A stretch of DNA of 64,000 nt. It comes from Candidatus Latescibacterota bacterium. Its GTDB lineage: Bacteria; Latescibacterota; UBA2968. The notes below the pieces were generated by a model. The model did no database searches and was not told the DNA's origin. It saw only the letters and a list, made by a program, of their open reading frames with translations. Made by a program: the position numbers and the translations under genes. Numbering within the stretch: the first letter of the stretch is position 1; the number at the start of each line of letters is the position of its first letter. This document shows positions 20,192 to 30,299 of this stretch, one piece after another. The DNA is taken from assembly GCA_965198115.1 (NCBI GenBank), contig OZ240241.1:6816001-6880000 (forward strand), in the 5' to 3' direction.

Positions 20192-21485
20192 GGATTTGCC
20201 ACGAAATAAGTGCTGCACTTTTCAAGGTAATGATCTTACGCTCGGAGTGTGGACGTCGAAACTCTCCGAACGAAGTATGAAGCCTTGGCTCCGGTGCTGA
20301 CGGAACGCACGCGTCGTCTGTGGGCCGCCACGGAAGCCGAAGCGTTGGGTCACGGTGGGATCGCGATTGTGGCTCTGGCGACAGGAATGTCCAGAGAGCG
20401 GATCTTTCGTGGCATTCAGGAGTTGAGGTCGGACGAACCTTTGGACCCGGCTCGCATCCGGCGTCCAGGCGGCGGTCGTAAGCGGAAGGCCGACACGGAC
20501 CCGACGCTGTGGCAGGACCTGAATGATCTGGTCGAGCCAACGACTGCGGGGTCGCCTGACGACAATCCTCTGAGATGGACATCGAAGAGCACTCGCAAAC
20601 TGGCCGCCGAGTTGCAAGCGATGGGGCATTCGGTGAGCCCCAGGATCGTTGCCAATCTCCTGCACGAACACGATTACACGCTGCAGGCGAATCGGAAGAC
20701 AAGGGAGGGATCTGCACACCCGGATCGGGACGCTCAGTTCGTTTACCTCGATGATCGGATTAGCCAGCAGCAGCAGCAGGGCCTTCCCGTTATCTCGGTG
20801 GACACCAAGAAGAAAGAGTTGATCGGCGACTTCAAGAATCCTGGCCGAGAATGGCGACCCAAGGGAGACCCGGAGCGTGTGAAGGTACACGATTTCATAG
20901 TGCCTGCTCAGGGCAAGGCGATCCCTTATGGAGTGTATGATCTGAGCCGTGATGAAGGCTGGGTAAGTGTCGGTATCGATCACGACACGGCCAGCTTCGC
21001 CGTGAATGCGATCCGAAGTTGGTGGAAGAACATGGGACGGCCCGCCTACGGCACTTCGACGCATCTGCTAATCACGGCGGACGCAGGCGGCAGCAACGGC
21101 GCCAAGACGCGGCTGTGGAAGTGGGAGCTGCAGCGCTTTGCGAATCGCACTGGCCTGACGATCACCGTATGCCACTACCCTCCTGGCACTAGTAAGTGGA
21201 ACAAGATCGAACATCGCCTGTTCTCCTTCATCGCTATGAACTGGCGAGGCAAGCCCCTGGTCAGCCTGGCTGCAACCGTGAATCTCATTGCCGGAACGAC
21301 CACTCAAGCCGGTCTCCGAGTACGCTCCGAGATCGACAAGCGACCCTACCCTAACGGGGTCAAGGTGACCGATGAACAGATGACCCAAATCGATCTCACT
21401 CCGCACGATTTCCACGGCGACTGGAACTACACGATCCGGCCAATGGCTCAACATTGAGATCGACCGTTTATTTATTCGCGAACCC
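20192..21485 (+). mobile_element. ISAzo13-family insertion sequence, 1294 bp
   Basis: IRL GGATTTGCCACGAAATAA versus reverse complement of IRR GGGTTCGCGAATAAATAA (13/18); 3-bp repeat TTA at 20189-20191 and 21486-21488. Confidence 0.85.
20249..21457 (+). CDS. ISAzo13-family transposase
   Basis: RIRRPGGGRK, LRWTSKS, VISVDTKKKE, AIPYGVYD, LITADAGGSN, PPGTSKWNKIEHRLF. Confidence 0.96.
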   Translation: MDVETLRTKYEALAPVLTERTRRLWAATEAEALGHGGIAIVALATGMSRERIFRGIQELRSDEPLDPARIRRPGGGRKRKADTDPTLWQDLNDLVEPTTAGSPDDNPLRWTSKSTRKLAAELQAMGHSVSPRIVANLLHEHDYTLQANRKTREGSAHPDRDAQFVYLDDRISQQQQQGLPVISVDTKKKELIGDFKNPGREWRPKGDPERVKVHDFIVPAQGKAIPYGVYDLSRDEGWVSVGIDHDTASFAVNAIRSWWKNMGRPAYGTSTHLLITADAGGSNGAKTRLWKWELQRFANRTGLTITVCHYPPGTSKWNKIEHRLFSFIAMNWRGKPLVSLAATVNLIAGTTTQAGLRVRSEIDKRPYPNGVKVTDEQMTQIDLTPHDFHGDWNYTIRPMAQH

Positions 21486-21842
21486 TTAGCGGTTGGACAA
21501 CTGCAGGACGTTCCCGTCAGGATCCTTGAAATCACAGCTCTCGTAATCGGACATCGACTGGAGTTTTCCCATCCTCACACCGAGTCCAGCAAGCCGATCA
21601 CGCCATTCGGACACATTGTCAACCACGAACACAAGCTTGTTCCGGTTTCTTTCGAGACATCCCGGTTTCGAAGCTCGATGAATGCCGATTTCAAGACCTC
21701 CTTTCCCGAGTTGGACCCATCCCTCCGGATCGTAGTCCATGGCTTCCGGGGGTTCGAGGACCGACATCCCCATGGCGTCTCGGTAAAAGGAGACCATCTC
21801 CGCAACCTGGTTCGTGAAGTAGATATAACGTGCTGTAGTCAT
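21486..21842 (-). CDS. VOC family protein
   Basis: MVSFYRDAMG, LVFVVDNV, FKDPDGNVLQL. Confidence 0.88.
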   Translation of the reverse strand: MTTARYIYFTNQVAEMVSFYRDAMGMSVLEPPEAMDYDPEGWVQLGKGGLEIGIHRASKPGCLERNRNKLVFVVDNVSEWRDRLAGLGVRMGKLQSMSDYESCDFKDPDGNVLQLSNR

Positions 21843-21902
21843 TCTTGGCCCTGTCGTCGCTTTTCTGTCCGGCTACTCGCAGTCCTCTTTTAGCAAAAGA
21901 CA

Positions 21903-22346
21903 TCACTCCGGTTCAAGCATCGCTTTCAGGTTCTCCCCCTCCTCACGCATATGTTGACGCACAGCATCGAACTCTCGCCGATTGAGCCAGGCACCTAGTG
22001 GCCCTGTTCTGACATAGATTTCAGCGGTGACTCGAACACCATCATCCTCGGGGTCAATCTGGAAACTCATTCGCGGAAGAAACAATCGAAGCAAGCGATT
22101 CTTGAAAGTGAACTCGATGTGCCGTCCTGGAACGAGGTGGGTGAACACCACTCTCTTTTTCATCAGTTTTCCACCGATTGTCTCCTCGAAATAGAACTCG
22201 ACGCCCTCGTGCAATCCTCGGCCACGCTCCCAGCGAAACAACCGGTGAGCTGGATGCCATTCCAGGTAGTGGTTCTCCATACTTTCGAAGAATGCGGAGA
22301 CGCTTTCCGCCGAGGTGCGGATCCAAACAGAGTCTACAAGCTGCAA
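21903..22346 (-). CDS. SRPBCC (START-like) family protein
   Basis: VWIRTSAESV...YLEWHPAH...HMREEGENLKAMLE pattern; TTG start with a GGAG RBS. Confidence 0.75.
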   Translation of the reverse strand: MQLVDSVWIRTSAESVSAFFESMENHYLEWHPAHRLFRWERGRGLHEGVEFYFEETIGGKLMKKRVVFTHLVPGRHIEFTFKNRLLRLFLPRMSFQIDPEDDGVRVTAEIYVRTGPLGAWLNRREFDAVRQHMREEGENLKAMLEPE

Positions 22347-22376
22347 AGGGAATCTCCGTGCAGTCCAGCATCGCGT

Positions 22377-23651
22377 TCAGTTCTGTTCGTTCAACCATTC
22401 GATGTTGAATCGTGCGACGCTGATCTTGTCCCGATCTCTCTGGACTCCGTTGGTGTAAATGCAAAGGATCGTGCCATCGTTCGTTGCGGCGAGATCGCTG
22501 TATCGCGAAAGATTACCGTCAATGGGTCGAAATGAATGCCACGAGGCGCTTTCGTCGCGGCTCAGAGCGATGGTCATCTGACGTGCTTCCCCCTGCGGAC
22601 TCGAAAAGAGAACCGTGTCACCGTATCGGATCAGGCCGGCGTGGAGCCGCGGGTCAGGAAGGTCCACGTGCTGACCGATCTCGTAAAAGGTCCGTCCTCC
22701 GTCGACGCTCCTGGCGAAGTGACGCTTGCCAGTGAACTTCGTGTTCATCCGGTGGCTGAGGTAAATTTCGCCCTGGCCTCCCGTTTCGACGAGGCTTACC
22801 TCGTCGGATCCGTCTCTTAGCACTGCCCCTGCCTTCCACGTGCCGGCGTGATCATCGCTGTAGAGGAGACCGCCTCGGACGCCAGGTGCCTGACCCGGCT
22901 CTCCATCCTTGAAGAGAAAAGCGGGCATGACCAATCGACCTGCGTGAGTCCCGGACACGAGCTGGATTCCGTGGACACAGTTGTTCGGCCATCCCACCCA
23001 GCCCTCACTGTTGGGCTCCGGGAGAACGTGGAACGGTTCGGACCACGTCTTGCCCTCATCATTGCTCTTCAGCATCCAGAAGCCGCCGACCTCCTTCGCG
23101 TACATGCCGAAGTACCCCAGATCGTCTTCGATATCGGCTGGCATCTTCCAGAAGGTCACGAACACGGTCGTTGTTTCGCGATCCTCAAAGATGGATCCAA
23201 GGATGGTTGCGACACCTTCCTCCTCGAAGATGACGGTCTGTGGTGACCACGTCCGTGCATCGTCTTCGCTCCGGGACAGCAGGATGTCGATCTTGTTGCC
23301 GCAATCCGAGGTCGAGTGGTGTCGTTTCTGACAGACAGCAATGGCCGTTCCCTTCGACGTGACGATCAGTCCTGGGAGATGGAGCGAGAAGCCGTCGATG
23401 TCATTGTGACGGCTGGCTCCGGGCAGATCGACCGACGCTTCGGGTCCGGGAAGTGGACCCCGATGGCCTTCCACGCGAAGTCGAACAAGAATCTGACTGG
23501 GATCGTTCGTGCTTCGATAGGCTGATACATCCACATCGTCCGCGGGAACCCATTGGTAGGCAGGGGCCTCGGTCAGGCTGTCGCCTTGTCCGGGGAGGAA
23601 CACGTCGACCTTGTCGTGGAAGGGCTTATTCAAGGGGCGAACCCGATTCAA
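22377..23651 (-). CDS. Sialidase-family (GH33-like, Asp-box) beta-propeller protein
   Basis: Asp-boxes SEDDARTW, SNDEGKTW, SDDHAGTW, SVDGGRTF, SRDESASW; C-terminal YSDL. Confidence 0.85.
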   Translation of the reverse strand: MNRVRPLNKPFHDKVDVFLPGQGDSLTEAPAYQWVPADDVDVSAYRSTNDPSQILVRLRVEGHRGPLPGPEASVDLPGASRHNDIDGFSLHLPGLIVTSKGTAIAVCQKRHHSTSDCGNKIDILLSRSEDDARTWSPQTVIFEEEGVATILGSIFEDRETTTVFVTFWKMPADIEDDLGYFGMYAKEVGGFWMLKSNDEGKTWSEPFHVLPEPNSEGWVGWPNNCVHGIQLVSGTHAGRLVMPAFLFKDGEPGQAPGVRGGLLYSDDHAGTWKAGAVLRDGSDEVSLVETGGQGEIYLSHRMNTKFTGKRHFARSVDGGRTFYEIGQHVDLPDPRLHAGLIRYGDTVLFSSPQGEARQMTIALSRDESASWHSFRPIDGNLSRYSDLAATNDGTILCIYTNGVQRDRDKISVARFNIEWLNEQN

Positions 23652-24559
23652 TAGTTCGTGTAATATTCCTGCACACCTGAAGGGAGACCCTCCAGAAAGT
23701 CCGGCTTCCAGCTGTCATCGTAGACATCGATGAATCGTTGATAGAAATCACGAGCGTCTGGTGAGCAGCCATCCAAATAGCCTGGCTTTCTGAACCAAGG
23801 CTGGTAGGAAGGAACGTAGCCAGTTCGATGCGCCATGGTCTCAACCGTTGCTGGACGAGGATCGGAGACGCGGTTGAACGTGACCGCGATTGTTCGACGC
23901 AGGACACCGGCTTCATATGTGCCGCGGTGAAGTGAATTGACGTGGAAGAATGCGGCGTCTCCCGGTTCTAGAGGGAGCTGACACGCATTCGGCATGTCTT
24001 CGGAGTGCGGGTCCTCGGTCCGAATACGGCTCTCCTCAGGCGTATCCACGCGGATGTGCGAGCCGGGCACGACCTGGGAGGCCGAGGTCGAGGCGAGCGG
24101 GATGTGCATGTGAATCTCGCGCGGAGGGTCGCCCTCACGGACGATCAGATCGTTCATGTCTTCGCCGGTCCACCTCGCGGTGAACTGGCAGTCACGGTGC
24201 CAGTTTGTCGGACGTGTCTCCGACGGATCGATGTAGTAGTTGATTTGCGTGTGGACCACGGGCTCTCGGAAGACGTCGTCAAGGATCTCGACGACGATCG
24301 GATCGGCGACCGCATTCAATAGATCGGCCAGACCTTCGGGGCGCTGGTGATGGTAACGGGGGTGGTTCAGGTGAAGCATGATCCAGGCGTCAGGCTTCTG
24401 GCAATAGCCGCCAGGCTCCCCCTCCGGCGTGCTCTCCCGGCGCCACTGATCGAGGGCAGCGTCGCAGGTGGTTCGAAGCGCCTCGATCACACCCGCATCG
24501 AAGAGGCTGTGAAACATGAGGTAACCATCCCGAATCCATCTTTCAGTGTGATCCGCCAC
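23648..24559 (-). CDS. PhyH-family dioxygenase
   Basis: RDGYL, NWHRD, VVPGSH, PGDAAFF, LHRG, RRT; GTG start with a GGAG RBS. Confidence 0.88.
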   Translation of the reverse strand: MADHTERWIRDGYLMFHSLFDAGVIEALRTTCDAALDQWRRESTPEGEPGGYCQKPDAWIMLHLNHPRYHHQRPEGLADLLNAVADPIVVEILDDVFREPVVHTQINYYIDPSETRPTNWHRDCQFTARWTGEDMNDLIVREGDPPREIHMHIPLASTSASQVVPGSHIRVDTPEESRIRTEDPHSEDMPNACQLPLEPGDAAFFHVNSLHRGTYEAGVLRRTIAVTFNRVSDPRPATVETMAHRTGYVPSYQPWFRKPGYLDGCSPDARDFYQRFIDVYDDSWKPDFLEGLPSGVQEYYTNY

Positions 24560-24572
24560 GTCAGCTCCGACT

Positions 24573-27154
24573 TCAGATCTGGTGTTGGGCACCACGAAGG
24601 GAGACACCGGGATCGTGAAGATAGTGTCCGGTGCTCCAGTGGTTGTCGTGTCCTCGGACGGCGTTCGAGGCCGTGATCGGGAAGACCGCCTCTAGATTCG
24701 ATTCGTTCAGGAAGGTTCGAGCATCTGCCGGATTGCCGAACAGCGGGACCAACCAGCGCGCGTGTGTGCAGTACGCGAACAGCTCGGATTCGTAAACCTC
24801 GATTCCATCGACGCCGGCGTCAGCCAAACCGATCGCGCGTCGGAGGCCCACGGTCGGCGCGTAACCGGGACCCTTCAGCACCTCACCTGCCACGACCCGA
24901 GACAGATCCCGCGTCGCGGTCGTTCCGTTGACGCCTCCGAAGACGACGATGCCGTGTTGACGACACCGTTCGACGTAGGGTCCGACATCGTGGCTTCCGA
25001 GATCGGCGCAGTCACCGCCTCGATTCTCAAGCGGATCGAGCTGAAGCTCGTCGATCAATTCCTCCTCGATCCAGGTCTCGATATCCATCCCCATTGCCGT
25101 GTTGAAATAGAATCCTTCAGAAGGCACTCTGGCGACGATCGGTACCCGATGACCGGTTTCCTTTTCGAGTTCCGTCATTGCCCGTCGAACCTCGCGCATG
25201 AATCGCGTCGTCCCGTGCTCGCACCGCCACTTCAGCCAGGCCGTGTGTCTTTCTCCGTCAGACAAGCCGAGTGACAGGGGATCAATGCCGGTTTCTTCTT
25301 CGTACTGTTTCAGAATGTCCGGATGATAGCCGGCGTGAGGTGGCTGCCTGCACCATCCGAGGACCAGACCGTCGGGTGCAAATCGGGAAGACTCAAGTAT
25401 GATGTCGAGTCGTTCGCTGCGCGTTTCCTCGAAGTGATACTCGACACGGCTTCCATCGAGAGTGCCGTCTCTATTGCACAAGAGCAGCTCCGGATGCGAG
25501 CGCACCCACGGCGACGTGTGCGACCAGCCACGAGCACCCGCGTAGTGGCGGTTCATGCCCAGCCAGTTGTAGATCTGCGTGTCGTGATGCGCCCTTCGCT
25601 CCAACGGATAGCCAAGGGCGTCGAAGTCTTGGACCATTCGTTCGACGGCAGCCAGATTCGGAGGTTTTCCAGCGTTTCTTCCGGAATCGGATGGCAGGGA
25701 TATTGGGAGGCGCGGGGAAGCTTGCTTTCATACGTCACCCACGAACGTCCGATCGCCCACGCCTCGCTCGATAGGCCAACCTCGCGCTGGCCGGCCAGGA
25801 TCGTGTCGAACTGATCTTCTTCGAGGTAGGACGTCTGGAATCCCGAGCCCAAGAAATAGACCCACCAGTCGCTCACGCCTCGTAGGGGAAGCGGAGGGTT
25901 TCTCACCCCTGCCTGGAAACGGTCCAGCGACTCGGAACCGATCGGTATGAGCCGGAGCCCCCCGATCGCGGCATCATCCTGAGCGCCAAATACTTCGATG
26001 GCTGAGTTCGTCATATCGCGGGCGCAGACGAACGCCGGGCCGAGACCGACTGGATCACCCGATATGTGCCTTGGGGCGACCGCCCGGATCAGTCCATCGC
26101 CGCAGCTGATGTGGATGGGTCCGATCGCTTCGAGGTAGATGGCGTAGGCCCCGTTCAACTCGAATGGTAGGGCCAGCCTCCGGTTCGGCGTGAAGCCGTC
26201 GCAGCGCAAAATCGAGCGATCGTCAGGTGTTGTTTCGACGATTTCCGAAAACTCCGTTGGAAGGTCGACGTCTTCCCACGAATCGACATCCCATTCCGGG
26301 CGGCTGTCGTCTCTGACGAGTGCGAAGGGGGCGAGGGGTGAGATCATCACGCTTTTCGAGTCCGGTGGTCGTCTCCGGTAGGTGATGGTCGGGCCTTCGT
26401 AGGAGACGCCGTTGGTCGAGGGTTGTAGCTCGAACGAATATTCGTCCGGGGGCCAATCGGTGACGTCGATCGCCATCTCCTCCCACTCTGCTGACACGGT
26501 CACTTCCTGGGGAGCCAGACAGGTTTCGCTTTCCCCGTTGATACCAGTCAGGATTCCGTCGATGGGTGACAGTTCAGGCGAGTCCTGGCGCAGTCTGTAT
26601 CGGATGCGGACATCGTCTCGATCGATCAACACGCCTTCTCCGAGCCTGATATCGATCGGCGGGTCCATGGGGCGTCCACTGAATTCGAAGGGCTTCCAGG
26701 TTTCGCCCTCGGGAATCCACCCGTCGGTGTAGGGCACACGTTCTTCAGTTCCGAGGAAGAACCATTCGACGTCCTGGTCCTGTGTGCAGCCCTGATGGAG
26801 CTCGTATCGGACGTTAGGGGAGGCTTTGTCGTCGGGGGGACCAACGAATGCGGATATGACAAGCCGATACCCTCTACGGTAAACGACGCCCGCCTCGTAC
26901 TCGTAGACCGCAGGAACGGAAAGCGGACCTATATCGAACTCTGTCGAGCCCGTAGGTCTGATCTGCTGGGTTTCCGATCCGACTCGGCCATCAGGGGCAA
27001 ACCTCTCCAACACGACAAACCAGGGATCGTCGCCTACGGCATCAAACGCGACCGTGAGATAGTTAGGCCTGCCAGGGTAAGCGTAGAGACGTCTGCTTGG
27101 ACCAGACAGTCGTGTTCCGTTCAGTGAGATGATGGGATTCGCCGTTTTGTTCAC
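24573..27154 (-). CDS. Large GHL10-like hypothetical protein (about 860 aa), split by a frameshift near 25665
   Basis: ORFs 25553-27262 and 24573-25637 join if one A is added to the A4 run. The C-terminal half has EYHFEETR, DGLVLGWCRQPP and DIETWIEEELID, like 6137-7871. Confidence 0.6.
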
Positions 27155-27323
27155 TGCTATTCCCGCTTGCCCGAGAAACGTGACTGCCAGCTCGTTGGTA
27201 CATGACAACTCGAGGGGTCGCACACGCCGATCACTGCCCGGGGCGCTGCCGCGCGACCCCAAGGGCCGACTATCGTGGTGCCCATCGAATCCACAACCCC
27301 AAAACGCGTTGTGTCTCCGTACT

Positions 27324-28286
27324 TCAGGAGGCCATCGATCGGTCGATGCCGCTCAACACGCGATAGCACGCATCGACCGTCGGCACCTGAACTCCGAGTC
27401 GTTTTGCTTCACGAACGGTATATCCGAGCGTCTCCTCGATTTCTAACCGAAACCCTCGCTCCACATCCTGGAGCGTCGACATGCGATGCTGCGGTGCCCG
27501 TTCCCTCAGTCCTGCGCCTTCCCTCTGAAGGATGGATGTCGCTTCGTCTTCCGTCGCCCTTGCTACCTGGCCTGCCGGGAACGGCGACTTGTCCTCGATC
27601 GGGACACCGAGGGTCGCGGCGACAGCCGCGGTTTCCTGTATGACGCGGGCCGTGATCCGGGCCGAATCCGAGTCCGACAGGAATTGCCAGGTGGCCAGTC
27701 TGGACAGCACTGACACACTCGCGTAGCCAGACCAGCCGACGAACTTCGACCACTCGACTGATTGGATCGATGCGCTTTCCCCGGAGTTGATGCCCGCGTT
27801 ATTGAGATCGGCCACGATCGCTCCGGTCCGTGTAGACGTGCCCTCTGGTAGCTCACCCAGTTCGACGATCTGATTCAGCGTGAAGCGGACTACACCGTTC
27901 TCGAGAAGCTCGCCGCTCAGGATACCGATGGATCCGAGGACTGCCTCTTCGCCGAAGACATCGATCAACTGCTGGTTTTTGAGGACCCCGTTTTGAACGG
28001 AGAAGACGCTGTCGGCCTGCAAATGCCTCAGTGGCTGGATCGCATCGACGGTGTGGTAGGTCTTAACCGCGACAACTAGGACGTCCGTTTCTGTGACCTG
28101 TCCGGGATCTGTTTCAACACGGCAGGGCGTTGAGATTTCCACGAGCCCAGCAATGGACAGGCCGTGTGTTCGGAGATGTTCCGCCCGTGCACCACGCGCG
28201 AGGAGGGTGACATCTTCGCCTGCTTTGATTAGATGCGCTCCGATGATGCTGCCGAGCGCACCGGCCCCAAGGATGGTGTAGGTCAT
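27324..28286 (-). CDS. panE: 2-dehydropantoate 2-reductase (ApbA/PanE family)
   Basis: ILGAGALG, VAVKTY, SVQNG, EWSKF, STLQDVERG..LE. Confidence 0.85.
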   Translation of the reverse strand: MTYTILGAGALGSIIGAHLIKAGEDVTLLARGARAEHLRTHGLSIAGLVEISTPCRVETDPGQVTETDVLVVAVKTYHTVDAIQPLRHLQADSVFSVQNGVLKNQQLIDVFGEEAVLGSIGILSGELLENGVVRFTLNQIVELGELPEGTSTRTGAIVADLNNAGINSGESASIQSVEWSKFVGWSGYASVSVLSRLATWQFLSDSDSARITARVIQETAAVAATLGVPIEDKSPFPAGQVARATEDEATSILQREGAGLRERAPQHRMSTLQDVERGFRLEIEETLGYTVREAKRLGVQVPTVDACYRVLSGIDRSMAS

Positions 28287-28331
28287 GGACTATGTGGGAA
28301 TGGAAGATAGAACATCGAACATCGACCAGCG

Positions 28332-29015
28332 CTATTGCACATCGCTGTCTGTTACGATGTGAACGGTTTGGTAACACGGGGGATCGCCTTCGAAGGTTCC
28401 GCCGTGTTCCACAAGGCGCGTCGACGACAGCGCCGTTTCGGGCAGCGCCTGGACCGCTGAGGTGTCGTAGCCGTCCACCAGGACGATCCAGTCGGCGATG
28501 TCATCAGGCCTTTCGCGTAGTCGTTTCTCTTCGGTGTCAACCTGGCTTGCCGCTTGATCACACTCCAGCAGACTGGTGCTGACGCAGCCGGGTTGGATCG
28601 CGAGGTTCGGCAAGGCGTCACCGACGAGCCAGTCCCGGAGGTCACCGGCGCGATTGGTCTCGGGTGAAACGCGAAGGGTGAGAACCTGAGTCCCGATTCC
28701 GGATCCGAAGGTTGCCGTCACTTTGCACAGCGAGCGGTTGACATTCTGGAGCGTGGGCACGATGCGCTGCGTCCAGGGCGTCGGATTGTTCAGCCGCTCC
28801 AGGTAAGGAGACGAGGTGAGCGTCGCCAGGCTTTCGACCTCATACATAACCAGATACCTGGGGTTGCCCGAGACCGCGACACCTCGGCGCCCGCGCAGGA
28901 AACCCGGCACTCCAACGCGCTCCATCAGATGCTCGTGGGAGTGCCACGCGTCGTGATCAACCTCGGCCGTGCTGTCGCACCAGATGACCATTGCGCCATC
29001 GCCAAGTAGGCTCAT
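28332..29015 (-). CDS. Hypothetical dimeric alpha-beta barrel protein (DUF4286/EthD-like)
   Basis: WHSHEHLMERVGVPGFLRGRR, YLVMYE, YLERLNNPTPWT. Confidence 0.7.
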   Translation of the reverse strand: MSLLGDGAMVIWCDSTAEVDHDAWHSHEHLMERVGVPGFLRGRRGVAVSGNPRYLVMYEVESLATLTSSPYLERLNNPTPWTQRIVPTLQNVNRSLCKVTATFGSGIGTQVLTLRVSPETNRAGDLRDWLVGDALPNLAIQPGCVSTSLLECDQAASQVDTEEKRLRERPDDIADWIVLVDGYDTSAVQALPETALSSTRLVEHGGTFEGDPPCYQTVHIVTDSDVQ

Positions 29016-29333
29016 ATCGGGTTATCTGGGTCCACTGGAAGACGATGGTCCCCGTTTCCACGGCTGACGGTGCCGTATTTCTCTTCCAGAAGTTCACCGA
29101 CTTCACGGAAGGCTTCCAATGGCTGGATCGTCAAGCCAATGGTACTTGAACGATTCATCCACCCCGAATCCGACGAAAGTGTAAGAAGGAAAACTCAACG
29201 TTGATGGAAAGGTCGTTCAATTTTCCTCACAGTCTTGCCGTTTCGTCATCCGGCGATGCGGCCTCGAGACGTGTTAGCGATGAGCATCCCAGCGATGACA
29301 GCCCCAGCGCCAAGAAGGAGTATCGCCTTCTAC

Positions 29334-29371
29334 TTTAACGTCTTGATGCTTAAGCGTTAAAACGCTATACA
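29334..29371 (+). promoter_or_regulatory. TA-operon promoter with overlapping operator palindromes
   Basis: TTGATG-N17-TATACA; inverted repeats TTTAACG/CGTTAAA and AGCGTT-AA-AACGCT; palindrome GCTTAAGC. Confidence 0.65.
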
Positions 29372-29377
29372 TGAAGT

Positions 29378-29611
29378 ATGTCCGAATCCACGAAAAGAAG
29401 CACTGTCTACTTCGATCCGGTCATTCATCGGGCCCTTCGCCTCAAAGCAGCGGAAACGGAACGTTCCATTTCAGATCTTGTGAACGATGCCGTCAAAGCT
29501 GCCCTGGCTGAAGATGCCGAAGATATAGCCGCGTTCGAAGAGCGCTCCAATGAGCCCGATCTATCGTTCGAAGAGGTCGTCAAGGACCTAAAACGCAGTG
29601 GCAAGATATAG
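29378..29611 (+). CDS. CopG/ribbon-helix-helix antitoxin
   Basis: KRSTVYF...ALRLKAA...SISDLVNDAV, acidic tail; overlaps the toxin gene. Confidence 0.88.
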   Translation: MSESTKRSTVYFDPVIHRALRLKAAETERSISDLVNDAVKAALAEDAEDIAAFEERSNEPDLSFEEVVKDLKRSGKI

Positions 29612-29858
29612 GGTTCTGATCAAGCCATCTGCCGTTCGCGAGATCGAGGCGATACCTCAGAAGGGCCATCGCCAGCGCATTGTGTCCCGAATCCGGGCTT
29701 TGGCGAACGATCCCCGTCCGGCTGGATGCGAAAAGCTATCGGGCCAGGATCGCTATCGCGTCAGACAGGGCACCTATCGGATTGTCTACTCAGTCGAGGA
29801 CGATGCCCTCGTCGTCTTTGTGTTCAAAGTGGGTCACCGGGGGCAGGTCTACCGGTAG
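29598..29858 (+). CDS. RelE/ParE family type II toxin
   Basis: DPRPAGCEKLSG, YRVRQGTYRIVY, KVGHRGQVYR. Confidence 0.92.
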   Translation: MARYRVLIKPSAVREIEAIPQKGHRQRIVSRIRALANDPRPAGCEKLSGQDRYRVRQGTYRIVYSVEDDALVVFVFKVGHRGQVYR

Positions 29859-29891
29859 TCTGATCAGTACATCGTTCCGGCGTCTTCATTG

Positions 29892-30284
29892 TCATTCGTA
29901 TATGTTCTGCATCTGCCACACGTCGAGCCCGCGCAGCGTCGCCTCTGATCCCTGGGCGCGCAGCGAGACGCCCACGCTCTCCTTTCGGCCGGGGTAGACG
30001 CGAACGGCCATACACTGTCGGTCGTTGGCGAAGACTTCGACGACGCTCCTGTCGATGAACACGCGCAGCTTCAGCGTTTCATCTGGTTTCACATAGACGG
30101 GTGCAACCTCCGGAGCTCGAGACTGGACGTCCGGCAGTCCAGACGAGTAGGCGGTATCGATTGAAATCAGGCTGTCACGCCCTTCCTGGAAGCCTTCCCA
30201 GACATTACAACGCCGCCACTCGACGAAGCCCCGCTGCTTGAAGAAAGCGATGCGCGTGTATTCCTCTTTGCTCGGCGCAAGGAT
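29892..30284 (-). pseudogene. 3' remnant of a GH32 glycoside hydrolase (C-terminal beta-sandwich only)
   Basis: Open frame PSKEEYTRIAFF...LKLRVFIDRSVVEVFANDRQCMAVRVYP, bounded upstream by TAA; the catalytic propeller is absent. Confidence 0.8.
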
Positions 30285-30299
30285 TTAATCAAGTTTGGC

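Noticed and set aside
25660-25670. Programmed ribosomal frameshifting at split genes
   Set aside because: No canonical slippery heptamers or stimulators, and the shifts go in mixed directions; sequencing error is simpler.
29045-29149. 34-aa plus-strand ORF MVPVSTADG...
   Set aside because: Short, no recognisable motif and no clear RBS.
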